DNA of 64,000 nucleotides from a virus (Duplodnaviria; Heunggongvirae; Uroviricota; Caudoviricetes): the IMG/VR virus record IMGVR_UViG_2778261087_000003; one strand, given 5' to 3'. The notes below the pieces were generated by a model. It was not told the origin of the DNA and did not search any database. It saw nothing but the letters and a program-made list of their open reading frames with translations. Both the position numbers and the translations under genes were made by a program. This document shows positions 48,338-61,700 of this stretch, piece by piece (within the stretch, counting starts at the first letter, position 1; every line of letters begins with the position of its first letter).

Positions 48338-51325
48338 ATGAGCTTAAGCGATCAGGTGGTAATGGCCACCAGCATAGAAACGCTGATCGAGCTGCTAAAG
48401 AACCTGCCCGATTATGGGCGGGTTTCGTATGTGGTGACAGCGAAGGGAGACGAGGTAAAAACAGCGTTTGATATCGTCGATGCCTCAGTTCTTTTGGTAT
48501 CCAATACTCTGGATGGGAAAATTAATCCAGACTATCCCCAGGAACTTCAGCCGCGCGACCGGACCCGCGCATCCAGCCTTCTTCAGGTCAACCAGATATC
48601 CAAGGATTTGCGTCCTGCCCAGCTTACCGATTCCGGTTTATCCAGCCATGGCGCGCCAATAATTGGTGAGGACAATGCCGTTGAGTCAGGTAATGGGCGG
48701 ACCATGGGGATCATTAAAGCCTATCAGGACGGTAATGCGGATCGGTATCGGGAGTACCTGATTGAACATGCGACCGAATTCGGCATACGGCCTGAAAAGG
48801 TTGAATCAATGACGGCTCCGGTACTGGTGCGCCGCCGGTTAACGAAGGTTGACCGTGTTCAGTTTGCCAAGGACTCAAATATTTCTGATCTCCAGGAAAT
48901 GGCAGCCAGTGAAAAGGCTTTTGTTGATGCCGACAGCATAACACCGGCGATGATGGCGTTGTTTAACCCGTCAGAAAGTGGAGATCTGCTTAGCCGCAGT
49001 AATGACGCGTTTATTCGCGGATTCATGACGCAAGTTGGTGCCACACAGGCTGCTGGCCTTGTAACGGAAGATGGGCGACCAACACGGCAACTTGTAGACC
49101 GTATACAAAACGCGATCTTTGCCAAGGCATATAAGGATGCGCGCCTGGTAAGGATGGTTGCAGAAGAACCTGATCCGGATATGCGTAATGTTCTGACGGC
49201 GCTTAATGCGGCAGCCAATGATTTTGTCCAGATGCAGGCTTTATCAGGAGAAGCGCACAAGCAGGCTGTGACAACTATTGTTGATGGCATTGAGACAGCG
49301 GATAGCCTCGATAAAAAGGCGCTGGCGGCATTGAAAGATGCGGTAGACCTGGTAAGGCAATCGAAGGAGTCAGGCCAGCATATTACCGATGTTATTGCTC
49401 AGGGGGATATGTTCAGCGAAACGGCCCCGGAAGTGAAAGCACTCGCGTTGTTCATCGTCGCGAATAACCGTAGTGCGAAGCGTATGGCCACCGCCTTTAA
49501 GTTGATGGCGCAACGTATCAATGATGAGTTACAGCACCAGGGCCAGGCGCTCGGGGATATGTTTGGCGGCGGCGATGTGTCGTTACAGGATATCCTTCGC
49601 CAAGTATCTCAGGAACTGGAAAACGAAGGTATGCAAGGGATATCTGGCGGTCTTTTCGAGTCAGCTTCTGGCGGTAGTTACAACGGTGTTGCTCCATATA
49701 CCAGCTTGCTATTACATCGGGCATCCGGCATCAAAGACATTATTCATCTGATCAGGCTGCTTTCCCGTACAGATCCCCAGGATGAACAGCTTGTTCAAGT
49801 GCTTGCGCATTTTGTTCGAATGCCTGTTGCCGACGTGAAAAAATGGTGCCGATTATTCGGTATCAGCAATTCGTTACTTCGCGGCTTGTTAAATCACGCA
49901 TCCTCCCTTGGGCGCGATGGCTTTGACGAGATAGCGCAGGCGATAAAAAACGGAGATATGCCACCAGCTATTGACTGGTTTTCCATTCGCCCAACCAGGG
50001 TGAAAGCATTCCTTAGCGCGGCGCAATCAGCATCACCATTGGCAGAAATGGTTCAGAGGTTATCGCTCATATTCACAGACCATACCGCGTTGGGAGATCT
50101 GACTCTGGACGAGATGAAGGAAGCCTCCATTCAGTGGGCCGATCAACAAAATGAGGTTAACTCAGACTTCTTGCCAGCATTCAGGAAGGCCGTTAGTAAA
50201 GCTGATGATGCCCGTGGAATTCTGAAGGCATTTAAGGCATTGCAAAGTCGGGTTAATAAACATGTCGGTGATATCGATGGGGTAACGGCGGAAGGCAGGG
50301 ATATCCTTAAAGAGCACGGCATAACGCCAGAGTTTATTGATGAGATCAGGACTGATATGCAGCGTGAGGTCGTATCGTCCCTGCAAATCGTAGCCAGAGC
50401 GTTGGCGGATGCTAATCCGAAGAGTGCGGCCATTGTTAACCGTGTTATTGGTGATATTGAAGCATCGGAGGGCATGGGGGCGCTGAAACTCTTCCTTTCG
50501 CGAGCGTTTAATCCTAACGGCAATATTCTCCCCGGCATTATTGGTGAGGCTAAAAAGTATGTCAGCGAAGAAGAACTTGAGCATCTTGACCAACTACTTA
50601 AGCGATTCTCATATAACCCGCAGACACGCTGGCAAATGAATCAGCGAAGTATGGGTTCGGTCTATGAGAAAGTGTTATCTGCCATGAATAGTGCGATAGC
50701 CAACTCATCCGTATCTGAAGAAAAAGCTCTTGAGTGGGCCGACTCTTTTATCACGGAAGAAGTGGAAGAAGCCCGCGCTGGACAGAGTGGTGGGATAGAC
50801 CTGCGCAAGGAACTTGCTGATATTTATCGCCTGACCGGCGGTAAAATTTCGACCTTATCAAAGGTGGTTCACCACCAGGGAAGGGCATATGCAAATCTTA
50901 ATGGTGTTGTTGCTGTCAATTTGAACGATGAAAATGCAAGTGCACTGTGGCACGAGCTGGGCCATCATCTTGAGTACAGTAATCCTGGTTTGTTAGAGAA
51001 AGCCCGGTCATTCCTGAAGGCCAATGTTGAAGGGGATAAGCCATCTTTCGTTAATATCGGTGGGCGTGGCAAGCCTGAATGGTGCTTCAGATCCCGATTG
51101 AGTAATATTTATATGGCGAAGGTATACCCGCCAGCCTCAGTAAGTAACACCGGGAAAATTCGGCAGAAATCACCGACTATTTCCAAAACGTCAGCAACGG
51201 AAGTATTCTCTATGGCTCTTCAGTTGTATCATGACAAAGAGGCCGCTGCCGCATCACTGATGAATGGTGACGGATTGCTGGAACTGTTATTAGGTGTGGC
51301 AAAGGAGCTAAATAATGCAGATTAA
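48338..51325 (+). CDS. ddrB: DdrB-like large protein
   Basis: 995 aa, operon position after ddrA-like gene. Confidence 0.5.
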   Translation: MSLSDQVVMATSIETLIELLKNLPDYGRVSYVVTAKGDEVKTAFDIVDASVLLVSNTLDGKINPDYPQELQPRDRTRASSLLQVNQISKDLRPAQLTDSGLSSHGAPIIGEDNAVESGNGRTMGIIKAYQDGNADRYREYLIEHATEFGIRPEKVESMTAPVLVRRRLTKVDRVQFAKDSNISDLQEMAASEKAFVDADSITPAMMALFNPSESGDLLSRSNDAFIRGFMTQVGATQAAGLVTEDGRPTRQLVDRIQNAIFAKAYKDARLVRMVAEEPDPDMRNVLTALNAAANDFVQMQALSGEAHKQAVTTIVDGIETADSLDKKALAALKDAVDLVRQSKESGQHITDVIAQGDMFSETAPEVKALALFIVANNRSAKRMATAFKLMAQRINDELQHQGQALGDMFGGGDVSLQDILRQVSQELENEGMQGISGGLFESASGGSYNGVAPYTSLLLHRASGIKDIIHLIRLLSRTDPQDEQLVQVLAHFVRMPVADVKKWCRLFGISNSLLRGLLNHASSLGRDGFDEIAQAIKNGDMPPAIDWFSIRPTRVKAFLSAAQSASPLAEMVQRLSLIFTDHTALGDLTLDEMKEASIQWADQQNEVNSDFLPAFRKAVSKADDARGILKAFKALQSRVNKHVGDIDGVTAEGRDILKEHGITPEFIDEIRTDMQREVVSSLQIVARALADANPKSAAIVNRVIGDIEASEGMGALKLFLSRAFNPNGNILPGIIGEAKKYVSEEELEHLDQLLKRFSYNPQTRWQMNQRSMGSVYEKVLSAMNSAIANSSVSEEKALEWADSFITEEVEEARAGQSGGIDLRKELADIYRLTGGKISTLSKVVHHQGRAYANLNGVVAVNLNDENASALWHELGHHLEYSNPGLLEKARSFLKANVEGDKPSFVNIGGRGKPEWCFRSRLSNIYMAKVYPPASVSNTGKIRQKSPTISKTSATEVFSMALQLYHDKEAAAASLMNGDGLLELLLGVAKELNNAD

Positions 51326-51626
51326 AATCGCAGCGCCATTAGGCGGAGATGCCATTATCGAATTTGATGATAATGAAGAAGTTTCCGGGCGTTTAAGCAT
51401 TATCTCCGGTGACATTACCGAGGACATGATCGCTGAAGCCATAGCTGGGGCAAATCCCAATAGCTATATGGGATTCGTTAACACCCTTGATGCTCCCGCA
51501 AGTGATGTTCTCCGAACGCTGCATCTTTACGCTGGCTGGTTTGTTGATTGGCCAGCAGTAGATGGTGGCGATGAGGACGACGACGACGATGATTTTGGTG
51601 ATCATGTAGACCAGATCGTATATTGA
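51315..51626 (+). CDS. Strongly acidic small protein
   Basis: 103 aa, C-terminus ...VDGGDEDDDDDDFGDHVDQIVY. Confidence 0.45.
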   Translation: MQIKIAAPLGGDAIIEFDDNEEVSGRLSIISGDITEDMIAEAIAGANPNSYMGFVNTLDAPASDVLRTLHLYAGWFVDWPAVDGGDEDDDDDDFGDHVDQIVY

Positions 51627-51628
51627 AG

Positions 51629-51654
51629 AAATCCCGCCAATTGGCGGGATTTTT
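51629..51654. terminator. Bidirectional rho-independent terminator
   Basis: AAATCCCGCC-AATT-GGCGGGATTT perfect hairpin then TT, between convergent genes. Confidence 0.6.
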
Positions 51655-51657
51655 ACC

Positions 51658-52752
51658 TCACGAGAAACTCTTTTCTGATGTCAGCCAACAGTGCTCGTGC
51701 ATATCTCTTGGTGGTTTTTCGACAAATGCCTCTTCAGCAATATCCCGCCAGGGGATTTGTTTAGCCCATTCAGCTATAGCGTTATGGTTTGCCGAGAATA
51801 ACGGTATTGTATAGGCCTTCAGCCAGTCTAATGTGCTGGAGTTGTGTTTTTGAGCGTGATGTTTCGCATGGTGTTTGGCGATCACGATCGTAGGCACTAC
51901 CCATTTACTACCGTCAGTCATTGTGAAGTGCATATTACGGGGAACAGATGACTTTTCCATCAACTCCCGAATCCCGGGAAATTTCCCCAAGATCAATCGG
52001 CGATATTCATCGCTATTGCGCCCACCAAACTCTTTGGCTTTGAATTCAAGATATGCTTCAGAAACGAGAGGTGAATCCTCTGTGTTTAGAGTTATCGCCG
52101 TGAAAAAACCAGCAGGATTGTTTTTACTATGGGCCAACCGGTGATGCGAATCATAAAAGTACCCTTTCTCGCGTTCCGATGGTTTCGACAGCAACAGCAG
52201 GCGCGAGTCATAATTGGTTAAATTGCCTGTTATCACTGCATGAGCGCGATCGCTGATTTCCGCCGAGTTAATAACGATGAAAAGATCGTGCGGTCCAGTA
52301 AAACCAGCCAGAGATACTTCGTTATTCAGACAATAGGTTATATAGACGCATCCCCATGTTTCACTGGTATGCACCAACCCTTTGTCAGGGTGCATTCTGA
52401 AATGATTGCCAAGAAAAGGGTGTCTTTGGGTAACTCGCTCCCAATAACGGAACATATAGTCAATTATTGTTTTTCGACTATCGTTAATCGCAGGAGAAAC
52501 AACCACTGTACGGGAACACGAATACAGTATTGTTTGCAGGATGCTAATCACTGCCACAATAGAGGTTTCCCCAATACCATGTGGTGTGGTGGCAGTGACT
52601 TTGGCTCCGGTGTTCTTTATCGCGTTAATAATTTTTGCTTGATGAGGTGTTAACTCAATATCAAGCAACTCTTTCGCTGCCAGTTCCCAATTGTCTTTAT
52701 ACTGTTCTATCAGTGCTAACCAGGCAGGTTCATTCTGTATACGATTAGTCAC
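51658..52752 (-). CDS. Hypothetical protein (last gene of ssb-linked operon)
   Basis: 364 aa, no diagnostic motif recognised with confidence. Confidence 0.45.
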   Translation of the reverse strand: MTNRIQNEPAWLALIEQYKDNWELAAKELLDIELTPHQAKIINAIKNTGAKVTATTPHGIGETSIVAVISILQTILYSCSRTVVVSPAINDSRKTIIDYMFRYWERVTQRHPFLGNHFRMHPDKGLVHTSETWGCVYITYCLNNEVSLAGFTGPHDLFIVINSAEISDRAHAVITGNLTNYDSRLLLLSKPSEREKGYFYDSHHRLAHSKNNPAGFFTAITLNTEDSPLVSEAYLEFKAKEFGGRNSDEYRRLILGKFPGIRELMEKSSVPRNMHFTMTDGSKWVVPTIVIAKHHAKHHAQKHNSSTLDWLKAYTIPLFSANHNAIAEWAKQIPWRDIAEEAFVEKPPRDMHEHCWLTSEKSFS

Positions 52753-52848
52753 TTTCCACCTCTTCCGTGGTGTTTTCTTGCAGTTCTGTTAATGCAGCAC
52801 GACACAGGTTCCGGGCCTTGGCTATAGCCACACTTTTGACTTCATCCG

Positions 52849-53532
52849 TCATCGTGCAGGCAATGTACTGATCGAGTTCTTCAGCTCGGAGATGCTTTTG
52901 CCAATCAGAAACTGTATTTGCCAGAGCAGATCGGCATCCATAATCAGAATTTCTGCCGGGCCTTCAGGGCCAGCCGGGAAGGAAACATAAGCCTGTTTGC
53001 CCAAGCCGATAACTCGACAACTTGCTTCAAGAATTGCGCGCTTGAGGTCTGACTTTGTAACGGAAACAGGTTGGTTTTCACCAGTGATTACGCCGTTGAC
53101 ATGGAAGTGAAAGGGCATGTAGCTTGAAATTCGCTCTACTTTCCATACGCCAGCAAGCGATCCTTCATGCAGCACAATGGGGGTAACCGCGAGTTTCATC
53201 TCACCATATAACTGCTGGCAGAGAGCTGGATTGCTGAATACATCCAAAGGTTCACACTCAAACAGCGGTGCAATCTGCATGAGGTCCATCATGGTCATAC
53301 CTGGGGTACGAGCAGTAATGAATCTGCGCATTCCAGTATCCATTGTGCGCCAGATAGCTACACCATGCTTTTTGCTCACTTCTTCAGTAAAGCCAAGGTG
53401 GCACATGATGGTTTTTTCGATAGCCAGATCAGAGATAGAAACCTTTTCGCCTGGCACTCCATCATTATTGATGGTCACTTCGACACTCTGGCCATTACGC
53501 AGGCGGTATTGAATTGCTTTAGTATTTTCCAC
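52849..53532 (-). CDS. Hypothetical protein
   Basis: 227 aa ORF. Confidence 0.45.
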   Translation of the reverse strand: MENTKAIQYRLRNGQSVEVTINNDGVPGEKVSISDLAIEKTIMCHLGFTEEVSKKHGVAIWRTMDTGMRRFITARTPGMTMMDLMQIAPLFECEPLDVFSNPALCQQLYGEMKLAVTPIVLHEGSLAGVWKVERISSYMPFHFHVNGVITGENQPVSVTKSDLKRAILEASCRVIGLGKQAYVSFPAGPEGPAEILIMDADLLWQIQFLIGKSISELKNSISTLPAR

Positions 53533-53538
53533 GTTAAA

Positions 53539-54336
53539 TCACTCCACTACAAACCAGTCACATGCCAGTAAGTCGCCTACAGAAGGAACCCACGGAACAA
53601 CTACACCTTGTGCATTTTTTAAGGCGAAATAAGCACCATACGGAACGAGGTCGCCGGGGAAATATCCCTTAATGGCTTCCATTCGTGCCGGGTACTGTCC
53701 TTCAGGAACCAGCCAGCAGAATTGGTTTTCGCCGTTCCACCCGCGTCGAGCAACTTTCTTGCCATCCTTCAGCCACATCAGCGCGTCAGAAAAGTCGGCT
53801 GCTTCAAGGTCGATTTCTTCTTGTAGAGTAGCGATACCGCCAGCAGAAATAGTTACGTCCCTGGCTGTAATGAATGTCACCCCATTGTGACCTTCAATGC
53901 TGAGCAATGCCCCATTTTCGAAGAAGTCGTTAGTCCGACTAAAGCCTTCTTCAAATGTTTTTTCTGGTGAATAGGACAGAGATCCGTCCTCATAAGCGAC
54001 CAGATATCCGCCAATTTCTGGTCGGTGTTTTTGCAAAAACATTTTATCAACATGGACTTTTACCCCTTCTGGCTCAACGACTTCGATGTTGCAAAGAAGG
54101 ACCACATCCATTAGGGCGATAATTTCGATATCTTTGATTTTTGAGGCACGAACTGTTTTATGGCTTTTGTATTTTGGAAGTGCCGTCAAAAGCTCTTTCG
54201 TTGTCATATTATTCATAGTCTTTCCTCTGCTTAAAACCTGGTGTATTGCGCCTTCAGGTGGGTCAGGAATGTTTTCCCACCAGCGAAAGCAATATCTCGG
54301 GGTGTTCTTTTCGTGAAAAGCGCGTGCCATTGCCAA
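53539..54336 (-). CDS. Two-domain hypothetical protein with C-terminal DUF2829-like segment (start may be internal)
   Basis: C-terminal ...FSDALMWLKDGKKVARRGWNGENQFCWLVPEG... matches the GKKvxRxGWNG hallmark I associate with DUF2829. Confidence 0.45.
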   Translation of the reverse strand: MAMARAFHEKNTPRYCFRWWENIPDPPEGAIHQVLSRGKTMNNMTTKELLTALPKYKSHKTVRASKIKDIEIIALMDVVLLCNIEVVEPEGVKVHVDKMFLQKHRPEIGGYLVAYEDGSLSYSPEKTFEEGFSRTNDFFENGALLSIEGHNGVTFITARDVTISAGGIATLQEEIDLEAADFSDALMWLKDGKKVARRGWNGENQFCWLVPEGQYPARMEAIKGYFPGDLVPYGAYFALKNAQGVVVPWVPSVGDLLACDWFVVE

Positions 54337-54413
54337 CTTTGGCGTTTTTTAGCGAGTTCGTGCTTTTGTTGGCGTCTGGACCACCGCTTTTCTTTCAATC
54401 GTTTTTTACTCAT

Positions 54414-54902
54414 TCAAAACGGAATATCGTCGTCAAAGTCCATTGGAGGTTCGTTATTGGCGTTGCTCTGAGGTTTACCGCCACCACTGTATTGCTGGTG
54501 GTTTTGAGGTTGGTTTGATTGCCCCCAGCCGTTTGAGGGCTGTGAATCGTCACGACGAGTGCCGATCATTTGCATGGTGCCGCCCTGGCTGACGATAATT
54601 TCCGTCGTGTAACGTTCTACACCGGCGTCATCTGTCCACTTACGGGTTTTAAGTTTCCCTTCGATGTAGACCTGAGAACCTTTTCGTAAATACTCACTCG
54701 CAATTTCAGCAAGTTTTCCGAACAAAACGACTTTATGCCATTCTGTTTGCTCTTTCTGTTGGCCCGTTTGCTTGTCGCGCCATGATTCATTCGTTGCGAT
54801 GCTGAGTCTTCCGACCGCGCCGCCATTTGGTATATACCTGATCTCCGGGTCTTGCCCCAGGGTACCAATCAGGATGACTTTGTTTACACCGCGTTGTGCC
54901 AC
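54414..54902 (-). CDS. ssb: Single-stranded DNA-binding protein
   Basis: [44 protein letters not shown]... OB fold, Gly/Gln-rich linker, C-terminal DFDDDIPF tip. Confidence 0.9.
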   Translation of the reverse strand: MAQRGVNKVILIGTLGQDPEIRYIPNGGAVGRLSIATNESWRDKQTGQQKEQTEWHKVVLFGKLAEIASEYLRKGSQVYIEGKLKTRKWTDDAGVERYTTEIIVSQGGTMQMIGTRRDDSQPSNGWGQSNQPQNHQQYSGGGKPQSNANNEPPMDFDDDIPF

Positions 54903-55071
54903 TTATCTTACCTAATAAAATAAATTAATTAGAGCAATAATGTATATCTTTGAAACGTAGCTAACAAGTGATTTGCATTATCCTGTGTCTTCTAAAGGGA
55001 TCGAGTCAGTCGGTATTGGCTGTGAATGGGTGTTTGTCCTGGAGCGTAAAAAATTCGCTTATGAGGTCTTT

Positions 55072-55629
55072 ATGAAGGGAAAAACAGCCGCAGGAGGCGG
55101 TGCAATTTGCGCTATCGCGGTGATGATTACCATCGTGATGGGTAATGGCAATGTGCGAACCAACCAGGCGGGGCTTGAGCTTATCGGAAACGCTGAAGGT
55201 TGCCGACGTGATCCATACATGTGCCCGGCGGGTGTATGGACTGACGGGATTGGTAATACACACGGGGTAACGCCTGGCGTGCGAAAAACCGACCAGCAAA
55301 TCGCCGCTGATTGGGAAAAGAATATCCTGATCGCTGAACGCTGTATTAACCAGCACTTCCGGGGCAAAGACATGCCCGATAATGCCTTCAGCGCAATGAC
55401 AAGCGCGGCATTCAATATGGGATGCAATAGTTTACGGACCTACTACAGCAAAGCGCGAGGCATGCGAGTAGAAACGTCCATCCACAAGTGGGCGCAGAAA
55501 GGGGAATGGGTGAATATGTGTAACCATCTCCCTGATTTCGTGAACAGTAACGGCGTCCCCCTGCCCGGGTTAAAGATTCGCCGTGGAAAAGAACGCCAGC
55601 TTTGCCTGACGGGGCTTGTCAATGAATAA
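55072..55629 (+). CDS. lyz: SAR endolysin (T4-lysozyme fold)
   Basis: 185 aa; N-terminal MKGKTAAGGGAICAIAVMITIVMG signal-anchor-release segment; catalytic region NAEGCRRDPYMCPAGVWTDGIGNTHG. Confidence 0.85.
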   Translation: MKGKTAAGGGAICAIAVMITIVMGNGNVRTNQAGLELIGNAEGCRRDPYMCPAGVWTDGIGNTHGVTPGVRKTDQQIAADWEKNILIAERCINQHFRGKDMPDNAFSAMTSAAFNMGCNSLRTYYSKARGMRVETSIHKWAQKGEWVNMCNHLPDFVNSNGVPLPGLKIRRGKERQLCLTGLVNE

Positions 55630-55876
55630 ACTCCGGCAGCTCCGCCGACTTTCGACAATGAAGTTATCGCTGGCGGCGATAGTTTTTGACTCGATTTTCA
55701 TGGCGGTATATGTGCTCAATGAGACGTGGCCACTGGAACCGCTATTGTATGCCGGGCTTCGGCTGTGCCTGACATTTTTGAGCATGGCTGCGAGATTGAT
55801 GCAGCAGAAAGAAACTGCTTCAGATTGTCCACGCCGCGCGGTGCGCAAATATATGGCACGCAGGCGAAGGAGATAA
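55616..55876 (+). CDS. Hypothetical small membrane protein
   Basis: 86 aa with hydrophobic segments, overlaps lysozyme stop. Confidence 0.3.
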   Translation: MSMNKLRQLRRLSTMKLSLAAIVFDSIFMAVYVLNETWPLEPLLYAGLRLCLTFLSMAARLMQQKETASDCPRRAVRKYMARRRRR

Positions 55877-55920
55877 TAGTTAACGAGAACCCCGGCAGCC
55901 GCCGGGGTTATTTTTGGTGG

Positions 55921-58651
<2,731 letters not shown>

Positions 58652-58717
58652 TTAATTAGAATAATTCGCATCGTGTTTTAACGGAATTTAACACTAGTCA
58701 CTTGTTAAGGATTACCA

Positions 58718-61700
58718 ATGAACAAGCTATCTATGGGGGTGTTTCGCTGTTCAAGTGTCAGCGAAATATTGAAATACATTAGGGCAATAACATCTCACCG
58801 AGCGCCGATTAAATACGGCGTGGAAAAGGTGGAAGGCAAAAGCTATGACCGACTGCGCCGGGAGGCGAATCAGAAGGCGATAGATTTGCTTAATTCGCTG
58901 GTGGACGGCGCGACACTGACAGATGAACAGCGCCAGATCCTGGCTGGGTACACCGGTGAAGGCGGCATTGGCGGGTCCGTCTCCGAATATTACACACCAA
59001 AGCCGATCGCTGAAGGTGTCTGGGAGATCATGAAGCTCTACGGCGCGGACGTAGGTAACACTCTGGAACCATCGGCGGGCACCGGCGTTTTTAATGAGAC
59101 AAAACCGGTTGGTACGGTGATGACCGCGACTGAGATCAGCAGTGTTTCCGGTCGTATAAACCAGCTGTTACATCCGGAAGACAGCGTACAGATTTCCCCG
59201 TTCGAACAACTGGCTGTAAGCACGCCTAACGATTCATTCGACCATGTTGTGGGTAACGTTCCGTTCGGCGGTCGTGATAACACACGCAACATCGATAAGC
59301 CTTACGCAGAAGAAACGGACATGGGTTCTTACTTCATGCTCCGCATGCTGGACAAGATAAAGCCAGGCGGATTCATGTGCGTGATTGTGCCGCCGTCCAT
59401 TGTTTCAGGTTCAAACATGAAGCGGTTACGCCTGCGCCTATCACGGAAAGCTGAATTTCTTGGTGCCCACCGCTTGCCTACCGGTACTTTTGATGCTAAC
59501 GGGACCAGTACGGTCGTAGATGTGGTGCTGATGCGCAAACATCCGGCAGAGATGGCTGAGAAAATCCCCCTGGTGGATGAAGGCACTCTTGAATCGGCAA
59601 ATGTGCTTTGGCCAACGTTTATTTCTGGCAAGTGGTTCGAAAAGGATGGCCGCCGGTTTGTTCATGGCACCCAGGAGAAGGGATTCCAGGGGCGTATTGA
59701 GGTTCGTGCCGACGGGCAGATTGATAACCAGGCTCTTAAAGCGAAGCTGATTCATCGTTTCGAAAGCCGTATCGACTGGTCTTTGCTTGATATGGCTGAA
59801 CCGTCACCGACCGCAGACGTTGTTGATGAAGGGGAAATGCGCCTGATTAATGGCGTATGGCAAAAATATGCTGGTGGTCGCTGGATTGAAGCTGATTCTG
59901 GTAAGGAGCTTAAGATTGATGCTGCCAGTTATGGCGCGGATAGCTGGGAGGCTCTTCAGCGTAACCTGACTACCACTGAAGGCCGTCTCGGCATGACATT
60001 TACCCAGATGGCAAATGTCCGCGATAAGTACACCACATCAATCAGCGACGATATGGTGCAGCTGGTGGACTGGATTAACAGCCAGCCTGAAAAATACCGT
60101 GAACGCTTGTATCGCGGGGCGATGATTGGCCGGATGTTAATTGAATATCAGGACATGAAGGCCGCCGGGCATAGTGCTGAACAAATCGAACAGCAGCGCC
60201 TTTCTCTGGTATCCCGTTTGCAAGCAGAGATTGACCGTTTTGGTAACCCCGGTCGCGGTCCGATAGCGAAATTATCGGGAAGCGGTGCGCGCGCCTGGTT
60301 TGCTTTCCGTGGTGCAATTAAGCTGGATGGCACTATTTCTGACGAGCTGACAGGAAAGCTGGTTACGCATGATTCCAGCGCCAGTTATGACTCCACCAGC
60401 TATCAGGACACCCTGCGTTATCTCTATAGCGATCTTACCCGCGATCCAATCCAGCTCGATGATTTCCGCCTTGCGTTTACCGGCGGACTGCCAGCCAGTG
60501 ATGAAGAGTTGCTTAATTTATTGGCCAGCACCCCTGGTATTGCGGTTTCACCGTATGGCGGGATTGTTCCGTTCGCCCGCGCCACCAGCGGCGACATTAA
60601 CGAGATAGTGGCTCCAAAACAGGAATTCCTTTCCACACTCCCCGACGGTCCAGTAAAGAACAACGTCCTTAATCAGTTGGCAGCGATCGAAGAGAAGCGC
60701 ATCAAGACGCCAGCAGAGAATATCCGCTTTAAGCTCAATAGCCGTTGGTTCGACCGTTCCGTCATTCTGGAGTTTTTGCAGGAAAACGGCTATCCGGATC
60801 TGCGCTATGTGCAGTCAGTGCAGCTGGAAGGCGACGAAATGGTTTCTGACACCTATCACGGTGGTGATGGTCTGTTCGTCGGGCACCGATACGGTGTCGT
60901 CCAGCGCAAGGATAAAGAAACAGGTGAGATCCGCTACGAGTGGGACCGTAAATCAGGTGAAAACGCGACCGGGTTCCCGGCACAGCTGGAAAAGTATCTC
61001 AATGGTGCGCGTATCGGTGGCAAAGATAGCGCGACGGCGAACGGCTATCGTGAGCAGATGGCACTGCTTGAGGACCAGTTCAATAAGTGGATCAAGACGC
61101 ACGATCGCTACGATGAGCTGGTTGCCAAATACAACGATGTTTTCAATAGCAATATTCCGTATGAACACTCTGGTGATCCGCTTGGGTTGAAGGGATTAAG
61201 CGGTAAGCGTCAGCCATTTGATTACCAGAATAGCGAGGTGCGCCGACTGTCCGAAGATGGGCGCGGCATCCTGGGCTTCGGCACCGGGCTGGGTAAAACC
61301 ACGACCGCGCTGGCACTTGAGGCGTTCAACTATGAGAACGGTCGCTCCACCCGTACTGCGTATGTAGTGCCTAAATCAGTGCTGGAAAACTGGTATTACG
61401 AAGCAAAAGAATTCCTGAGTGAAGAGGCATTCAGTAACTACCTGTTCGTCGGTCTTGATGTGCTGATGGATGGCGATCAGATTCGCCAGGTGCCGGTGCT
61501 CGATGAGAACGGTAAACCTGTTCTTGGTGCTGATGGCACTCCAGTTATGCGCGATGCTCTTAAGCTGGCAGATGAAGCCACTATCACGGCGCGGATGAAT
61601 GCGATCCCGCACTCAAATTACCGTGCAGTCGTGTTTACCAAAGAACAATACGCCCGCATTCCGCTACGTGATGACACCGTAGATGAGCATGCACAAGACA

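Noticed and set aside
51658-52752. Terminase large subunit call for the 364-aa protein
   Set aside because: No proper Walker A (GxxxxGK[ST]) and no nuclease region found on reading; left as hypothetical.
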